From NCBI GenBank assembly GCA_965112735.1, contig OZ218958.1, positions 1,364,001 to 1,428,000 on the forward strand: a stretch of DNA of 64,000 nt, in the 5' to 3' direction. Source of the DNA: Phaeosaccion multiseriatum (Eukaryota; Protista; Ochrophyta, other classes). Both the position numbers and the translations under genes were made by a program. The notes under the pieces are model-generated. The model was not told the origin of the DNA. It saw only the letters and a program-made list of their open reading frames with translations, and made no database searches. This document shows, one piece after another, positions 57,401 to 64,000 of the stretch (the first letter of the stretch is position 1; the number at the start of each line of letters is the position of its first letter).

Positions 57401-59410
57401 CTCCTCCTCCTCCTCCTCCTCCTCCTCCTCCTCCTCCTCCTCCTCCTCCTCCTCCTCCTCCTCCTCCTCCTCCTCCTCCTCCTCCTCCTCCTCCTCCTCC
57501 TCCTCCTCCTCCTCCTCCTCCTCCTCCTCCTCCTCCTCCTCCTCCTCCTCCTCCTCCTCCTCCTCCTCCTCCTCCTCCTCCTCCTCCTCCTCCTCCTCCT
57601 CCTCCTCCTCCTCCTCCTCCTCCTCCTCCTCCTCCTCCTCCTCCTCCTCCTCCTCCTCCTCCTCCTCCTCCTCCTCCTCCTCCTCCTCCTCCTCCTCCTC
57701 CTCCTCCTCCTCCTCCTCCTCCTCCTCCTCCTCCTCCTCCTCCTCCTCCTCCTCCTCCTCCTCCTCCTCCTCCTCCTCCTCCTCCTCCTCCTCCTCCTCC
57801 TCCTCCTCCTCCTCCTCCTCCTCCTCCTCCTCCTCCTCCTCCTCCTCCTCCTCCTCCTCCTCCTCCTCCTCCTCCTCCTCCTCCTCCTCCTCCTCCTCCT
57901 CCTCCTCCTCCTCCTCCTCCTCCTCCTCCTCCTCCTCCTCCTCCTCCTCCTCCTCCTCCTCCTCCTCCTCCTCCTCCTCCTCCTCCTCCTCCTCCTCCTC
58001 CTCCTCCTCCTCCTCCTCCTCCTCCTCCTCCTCCTCCTCCTCCTCCTCCTCCTCCTCCTCCTCCTCCTCCTCCTCCTCCTCCTCCTCCTCCTCCTCCTCC
58101 TCCTCCTCCTCCTCCTCCTCCTCCTCCTCCTCCTCCTCCTCCTCCTCCTCCTCCTCCTCCTCCTCCTCCTCCTCCTCCTCCTCCTCCTCCTCCTCCTCCT
58201 CCTCCTCCTCCTCCTCCTCCTCCTCCTCCTCCTCCTCCTCCTCCTCCTCCTCCTCCTCCTCCTCCTCCTCCTCCTCCTCCTCCTCCTCCTCCTCCTCCTC
58301 CTCCTCCTCCTCCTCCTCCTCCTCCTCCTCCTCCTCCTCCTCCTCCTCCTCCTCCTCCTCCTCCTCCTCCTCCTCCTCCTCCTCCTCCTCCTCCTCCTCC
58401 TCCTCCTCCTCCTCCTCCTCCTCCTCCTCCTCCTCCTCCTCCTCCTCCTCCTCCTCCTCCTCCTCCTCCTCCTCCTCCTCCTCCTCCTCCTCCTCCTCCT
58501 CCTCCTCCTCCTCCTCCTCCTCCTCCTCCTCCTCCTCCTCCTCCTCCTCCTCCTCCTCCTCCTCCTCCTCCTCCTCCTCCTCCTCCTCCTCCTCCTCCTC
58601 CTCCTCCTCCTCCTCCTCCTCCTCCTCCTCCTCCTCCTCCTCCTCCTCCTCCTCCTCCTCCTCCTCCTCCTCCTCCTCCTCCTCCTCCTCCTCCTCCTCC
58701 TCCTCCTCCTCCTCCTCCTCCTCCTCCTCCTCCTCCTCCTCCTCCTCCTCCTCCTCCTCCTCCTCCTCCTCCTCCTCCTCCTCCTCCTCCTCCTCCTCCT
58801 CCTCCTCCTCCTCCTCCTCCTCCTCCTCCTCCTCCTCCTCCTCCTCCTCCTCCTCCTCCTCCTCCTCCTCCTCCTCCTCCTCCTCCTCCTCCTCCTCCTC
58901 CTCCTCCTCCTCCTCCTCCTCCTCCTCCTCCTCCTCCTCCTCCTCCTCCTCCTCCTCCTCCTCCTCCTCCTCCTCCTCCTCCTCCTCCTCCTCCTCCTCC
59001 TCCTCCTCCTCCTCCTCCTCCTCCTCCTCCTCCTCCTCCTCCTCCTCCTCCTCCTCCTCCTCCTCCTCCTCCTCCTCCTCCTCCTCCTCCTCCTCCTCCT
59101 CCTCCTCCTCCTCCTCCTCTCCTCCTCCTCCTCCTCCTCCTCCTCCTTCTCCTCCTCCTCCTCCTCCTCTCCTCCTCCTCCTCCTCCCTCCTCCTCCTCC
59201 TCCTCCTCCTCCTCCTCCTCCTCCTCCTCCTCCTCCTCCTCCTCCTCCTCCTTCTCCTCCTCCTCCTCCTCTTCCTCCTTCTCCTCCTCCTCCTCCTTCT
59301 CCTCCTCCTCCTCCCCCTCCTCCTCCAGCAAGCTTTGCTTCTCCCGCCCTGCTTGCTAACGTCGCTTCGCACCGTCCCGTCTTGAACGTCCACTACCGAG
59401 CCGTGCACCT
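54430..59410 (-). pseudogene. Probable degenerate prolyl 4-hydroxylase-like (2OG-Fe(II) oxygenase) remnant
   Basis: Fragments in P4H order but in different frames: GSVVDVQDGTVRSDV (about 59400-59355), [16 protein letters not shown] (about 54752-54705; HxD Asp replaced by Tyr), [16 protein letters not shown] followed by a stop, and GVAVVTPIAGSAGVF. Confidence 0.4.
55256..59325. repeat. ~4-kb (CCT)n/(AGG)n trinucleotide array with a ~3.7-kb pure core
   Basis: Uninterrupted CCT from about 55405 to 59118, with degenerate edges. Confidence 0.97.
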
Positions 59411-59811
59411 CTCTCGTGCCCGCCGCTGCTGTCTTTGAGTCGCTCGCTTTCTTGCCCCCCCCCCCCTCCCTCTTGCCCTCTCACGGGGTGGGTCCCAGCC
59501 AATGTGGCAGCGCTCAGGCCCTCTGCCCTAGGCCGGTTTGTGTGTGGATGTGTGGCTGGCTGGCTTGAAGATAGGGGTGATGCCTCCGGCTCTCCCTTCC
59601 CCTGCTCGATGGCAGCTCGAGGGAAGCTCCAGCGAGCTTGCAGCACGAGTCTGTCTGGCTTCACGCCGTCCCCCGGGGACAACTGTGGGTACAAGAGTGA
59701 GGGGTGTGCTCGACCATTGATTCCTTCATAAGTGTCTCGTCGCCCGCGCGCACGTGCACACGCACACATACATACAGCCACGCGTGCACGCACACACACA
59801 CGCACACATAG

Positions 59812-59959
<148 letters not shown>

Positions 59960-60832
59960 CTTCTTTTGCTGGTCGGCCCTGTCGCCCTTGGGCTGAGATG
60001 AGGGCGCTGAAGGCGACGATGGTGTCTTACCCCGCAGCGCTCAGGACATCCCAAGCTGTGCCTCTTCCAGCGCCCACACACGCACACACGCAACAAGCAA
60101 GCACACACACTCTTGCTCTCTCTGGCTCTCTTTCTCCCTCGTACATACACACGCACACACACACGCACACACACACGCACACACACGCACACACACGCAC
60201 ACACACGCACACACACGCACACACACACTCTCTCTCTGATGACTCTGAGTCTCTCTCTGAGTCTCTCTCTGACTCTCACACGAGACACACGCGCACACAC
60301 ACCCACACATGCAGCCACTACACTCTCTGTGTCTCTCTCTCGCTTCAACCTCTCGCACACGTCAACAGCTAGCGAATAGCGTGTTGGCTGAAAGATGATC
60401 ACGCGGCCCTGCTCTTCGCTGCCCATATGCCACCCAACCCATGTGCCTTTGCCAGGGGAGGAGTCGAGGGAGCGAGCACCTGACACCGGCGATAGCGGTG
60501 ACTCAATAGCGTGCATGTCAGGGGTTGCCTCTCTCTCTCTCTCTCTCTGCCTCCCTCTCTCTCTCTCACGCACAGATACACGCACAGCACGGAAGCAGAC
60601 CTAGTACACTAATCACACCCTCTTGGTTGTCTGCCTCTCGCTCAGCCACTCACCTCTCCCTCTCTCTCACACACAGCCAGACACGCACACAGCCACGCAC
60701 ACGCTCACACACAAACACATCAACACACTCTCTCTCTCACACACAAACACAAACACATAATAAATTGAAACCGCAGACGCCCCCCCCCCATACACACACC
60801 CATAGCTACAACACATGACTCTCTGCCTCGCT

Positions 60833-60868
<36 letters not shown>

Positions 60869-61548
60869 ATTTAACCCCTGGCTGGCGCACGTCAAGCAAG
60901 GTAAGAAGAGCTGATGCATAGCGCGCCGGCCCAGCTCTGCCTACGTTGCCTATATGCCTGCCGTCACCCTGCCCATGGCTGTGCGTGTTCTGCCCTTGGG
61001 GGAGGGGAGGAGGGGGCGGAGGTGTCATGGAGCACCTGGCCTGCCTGGCGCCGGGGGTCGACTCTCTGACCCTCTCTTACCTCTCTCTCTCTCGACTCTG
61101 TCTCTCGCTCACTCATCTCTCTCTCACACGCACAGCCACGCGCACACGCACACGCACACGCACACGCACACGCACACACACAGTTGAACTGTATACGTTT
61201 GCATGCACCTCCCCCACCCCTGGAGCATTTCCCCGCTACAACCAAAGGGCCCCATATTTACTTCTGTTAGAACGTACGTATGCGATTGCATGTTTTATGT
61301 TTTCGGGGCCGTGCCTTGCTTGATGTCTTGGGGGAGGTGCAAAGCAATGGGGGCCAATGATTCGGCCCCCCATGCGCAAAGGCGGGCCGAGCGAGGCCTT
61401 TTACACTTTTTTCGGGCCCTTGCGGAGCTCCAATGCGGAGCTCCAAAGCCCAATCTCCGGGGTCTCCTAGGCCTGCAATGGTTTTCCGTGCAAAGCTCTG
61501 AAAACTATTGATGACCGGTTTTGGTGGGGCGAGATGCCCCACTCGGTG

Positions 61549-61614
61549 AAAGTGGGTATTTTTAGTACCCAATTTTTTTAAAAGTGGGTATTTTTAGTAC
61601 AGTACCCAATATGG
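61549..61614. other. Candidate tyrosine-recombinase crossover/terminal site (tandem inverted-repeat cores)
   Basis: AAAGTGGGTA-TTTTTAG-TACCCAATTT (arms match 9/10, 7-bp spacer), repeated at 61581 and followed by TATGG, about 140 bp downstream of the Crypton stop codon. Confidence 0.4.
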
Positions 61615-61754
61615 ACCAGTAGCGCCCCTTCCCCCCCCCCTCCTTTTTTTGTGTGTGTGTCTGCCCCTGCTACAGGGGAAAATATACTACGCTATGATAT
61701 GACGATATAATGGTATTACCACGATAACAATGGTATTCATATTTACAGACACAC

Positions 61755-63932
61755 TTAGTGTCCGTCCTCAATCATGCATGGCTTACAGTAGTAGTCAAAA
61801 TCGCCTTCCACAAAACCCTTGCTGTCGCAAAACTCGACGGTGCACATGTGGTGCACGAGGTTTCCACACGCTCTTTCGGATGGGCAGAGGAACAGCTTGA
61901 CTTGCGAGGGCTTAGTACAGCCATACGAGCATGTGAAGGCCATGTCTCCCTCTCTCAAGCCGCCCAACGACGGCGCTGCTGACGCGGCAGCAGCGGCAGT
62001 AGCGGCCGCAGCGGCCGCATCAGAGGCAGCAGCAGAAGCAGCATCAGAAGCAGTACCAGTACCAGTACGCTGTTTTTTTTGGGCCCCCCTTCCCCCACCC
62101 CTTCCTCCTCCTCCTCCTCCGGCTCCGCCTCCTCCTGTTGCAGCAGCAGCAGCAGCAGCAGCATTGCTGCTGCCACCTCCCTCCTCGTCGTCCTCTGCAC
62201 CGCTATCACCTCCATCCCCCTCCTTCGACTCGTCTGCACCAGTGCCACTTTCCTTCGCCCTCGCCCGCTTCGCCCGTTTTTTCGCGTCCGCCTGCTGCGC
62301 GCTCCATAAAATATACACGGTGGTCCACACCAGCTGATTGAAGCGGCGCTTGTGAGAATCAGAACGAGACTTGATGTCAAAGGCGTCTTTGACTGCGTCA
62401 AACATGCTTCGCGCTTCTTCAAGCGTCGGCTTGTCCTTCCAGAGCCCCTTTTCTTTCGCCGCGGATTCAATCGCACCCATCAAACAGCAAAATTTTGACA
62501 TCCTTCGCTTCTCCGCCCTCCCCTGCACGTCTGCTGTCGTGAATTCTCGAAGGCGAGGAGTGCCTGTCATCCAAGCATCCCAAGCAGCGCGCACAGTGAA
62601 GCTAGGGACCTCAAAGTGCTCGGGAAGGGTATGCCACCGGCCGTTGTAGAGATACAGAGGTGGCTGATCTGCACCTGCACAAGAAGAAGAAGAGGGCGGG
62701 GCGCTGCTCGAACCCTCACCAAGGCCCAGAGTGCCTGCCTGGTGAGCCGCGAGAAGGTCGCTGAGCCCACTCTTAGAAAAGGCTGCGTCGAGGGTCGTCT
62801 GCAGGGCCCTGCTCACACCCAGACTGGTGACAGTGCCAGAGGCCTGTGCATTCTCCTCCAGAACGTCACGGATCAGCGTCTCCAAGTCGACCTTGATCGT
62901 CTGGCCCAACACCTCAAGCTTGCCGCCTAGAGAGGCCACGCTGTCCGCCACGACTTGGAATTGCCTCAGCTGCACGACGTGGGGAGGAATCCCGGTTGCA
63001 GAAATCTCGTCCGTCTCGTCCGGATACTTCAGCACGACATGCTCTGAAAGGTCCGCCAGCAACCTTTGATCTCGGAAGAGCTGTGTCGTGAAAAGAGGGT
63101 GATTCTCCTGAAGAGTGCTGCGCAGAAAGCCGGCGTGGTACACCACACTGGCAAGACAGAATTCAGCCACCTTCCTCAATCTCAGCGGCACGTCCCTGAA
63201 GCAGCTCACAATGGCTCCCGCGAGCACGTCTTCAATGCCCTCCTTCGCTGTGCCGTCCACCTTGAGGCGCTGAAAAAAGGGAGGAAGCAATGCAAACTCC
63301 TTCGCTGAGATGTTCGCCCCGGAGGCAGCCCGGCCCACATACTGATCTGCTGCATTGATGGGGTTGAAGTAGATGCCCTGGACGCCGGGAAGAGACCATC
63401 CCATTCGAAGTTGCACAGCAATTGGGTTGGGAGCAGCGGACGAGCCGCTTGTGACGTGCGAGGCAGCGCCCTTGCGCCCAGAATGAGTGCCGAGGTCCTC
63501 TGGAGTCAGCCCCATGCCTTCCAAAATGGACGAGTTCGCCGCCGCCGTACGTCTGAGGAAGCCGCAATACCTATCGTACTGATTGTTGCCAGCGAACAGC
63601 GCGTTCTTCTCAAAACCAAAGCTCAGGAGGTAAACACCAAGCGCGAGGACGGGGCAGATCTCCGGCATGATTGGATTCGCGTAGACGTGGCGAGGATGTC
63701 GGGCCTTCTCTCCCAGCTGGTCGCCCTTTTGCTTCCCAAAATAGACGCAGAGCGCGTCCCCCTTCCACTCGAGATGATCGAGACAAATCTCCACACAGTT
63801 GGTGGCGCGGCACATCAGATTCCAGGAGAGAACGAGGAAGGGGTGGCCAAAGGCGCCCTGTCTGTGCCCGTTCTCACAGACTGCCGAGCTCAGCATTGCT
63901 GCGATGTACACAAGCGAAGGAAACAGTGGCAA
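61755..63932 (-). CDS. Crypton-type tyrosine recombinase (transposase) with C-terminal PHD-like zinc finger; N-terminus probably outside the window
   Basis: Catalytic residues in order: R (SWNLMCRATN), K (KQKGDQ), HxxR (GTHSGRKG), W (RMGW), Y (QGIYF). Crypton-like RHVYANPIMPEICPVLAL, DQYVGR, ATGIPPHV, and WHTLPEHFEVPSFTVRAAWDAW. A probable splice acceptor (...ACATCGCAG) lies near 63899. Confidence 0.88.
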   Translation of the reverse strand: MPLFPSLVYIAAMLSSAVCENGHRQGAFGHPFLVLSWNLMCRATNCVEICLDHLEWKGDALCVYFGKQKGDQLGEKARHPRHVYANPIMPEICPVLALGVYLLSFGFEKNALFAGNNQYDRYCGFLRRTAAANSSILEGMGLTPEDLGTHSGRKGAASHVTSGSSAAPNPIAVQLRMGWSLPGVQGIYFNPINAADQYVGRAASGANISAKEFALLPPFFQRLKVDGTAKEGIEDVLAGAIVSCFRDVPLRLRKVAEFCLASVVYHAGFLRSTLQENHPLFTTQLFRDQRLLADLSEHVVLKYPDETDEISATGIPPHVVQLRQFQVVADSVASLGGKLEVLGQTIKVDLETLIRDVLEENAQASGTVTSLGVSRALQTTLDAAFSKSGLSDLLAAHQAGTLGLGEGSSSAPPSSSSCAGADQPPLYLYNGRWHTLPEHFEVPSFTVRAAWDAWMTGTPRLREFTTADVQGRAEKRRMSKFCCLMGAIESAAKEKGLWKDKPTLEEARSMFDAVKDAFDIKSRSDSHKRRFNQLVWTTVYILWSAQQADAKKRAKRARAKESGTGADESKEGDGGDSGAEDDEEGGGSSNAAAAAAAATGGGGAGGGGGGRGGGRGAQKKQRTGTGTASDAASAAASDAAAAAATAAAAASAAPSLGGLREGDMAFTCSYGCTKPSQVKLFLCPSERACGNLVHHMCTVEFCDSKGFVEGDFDYYCKPCMIEDGH

Positions 63933-64000
63933 CCAAAGACGGCGTCAGGGCTAGGAAGTGAGTGGGGGGCAGTCAATGCATCAGCCACTTGTCTCCACCC

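Larger units (their letters stand above)
61252..64000 (-). mobile_element. Crypton DNA transposon (stramenopile CryptonS-like), truncated by the window edge; left boundary uncertain (about 61252 or 61549-61614)
   Basis: Intact YR ORF, abrupt loss of host microsatellite texture, and a structured downstream region. Confidence 0.7.

Noticed and set aside
54690-59438. 1,400-1,580-aa poly-Ser/Arg/Gly ORFs
   Set aside because: They are readings of the (CCT)n array, which has no stop codon in any frame.

Overview
Eukaryotic nuclear DNA, intron-rich and saturated with microsatellites. The gene content and the G-rich 5'/C-rich 3' intron style suggest a stramenopile alga, possibly a eustigmatophyte (inference only). 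Most ORFs in the supplied track are artefacts of simple repeats. Hand-splicing at GT-AG sites gives frame-consistent models for six genes: a RING-HC/coiled-coil protein (-), a ~3,360-aa uncharacterised coiled-coil protein (+, 23 exons), SAC3/GANP (-, 15 exons), a UBTD1/2-like protein (+), an EamA/DMT transporter (+) and a signal-peptide alpha-carbonic anhydrase (+). The window also holds a single-exon low-complexity ORF (-), a probable prolyl-4-hydroxylase-like remnant split by a ~4-kb (CCT)n array, and a Crypton tyrosine-recombinase transposon with a C-terminal PHD-like finger that runs off the right edge. The most unusual signal is a 14-bp word, AGTTGGTGATACAG: 15 exact copies plus several near-copies in the first 46 kb, none seen after. 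It occurs in exons in three different reading frames, in 3' flanks, and at a fixed offset (+8) from splice donors. In one SAC3 intron it forms terminal inverted repeats at both splice sites, like an introner/MITE.
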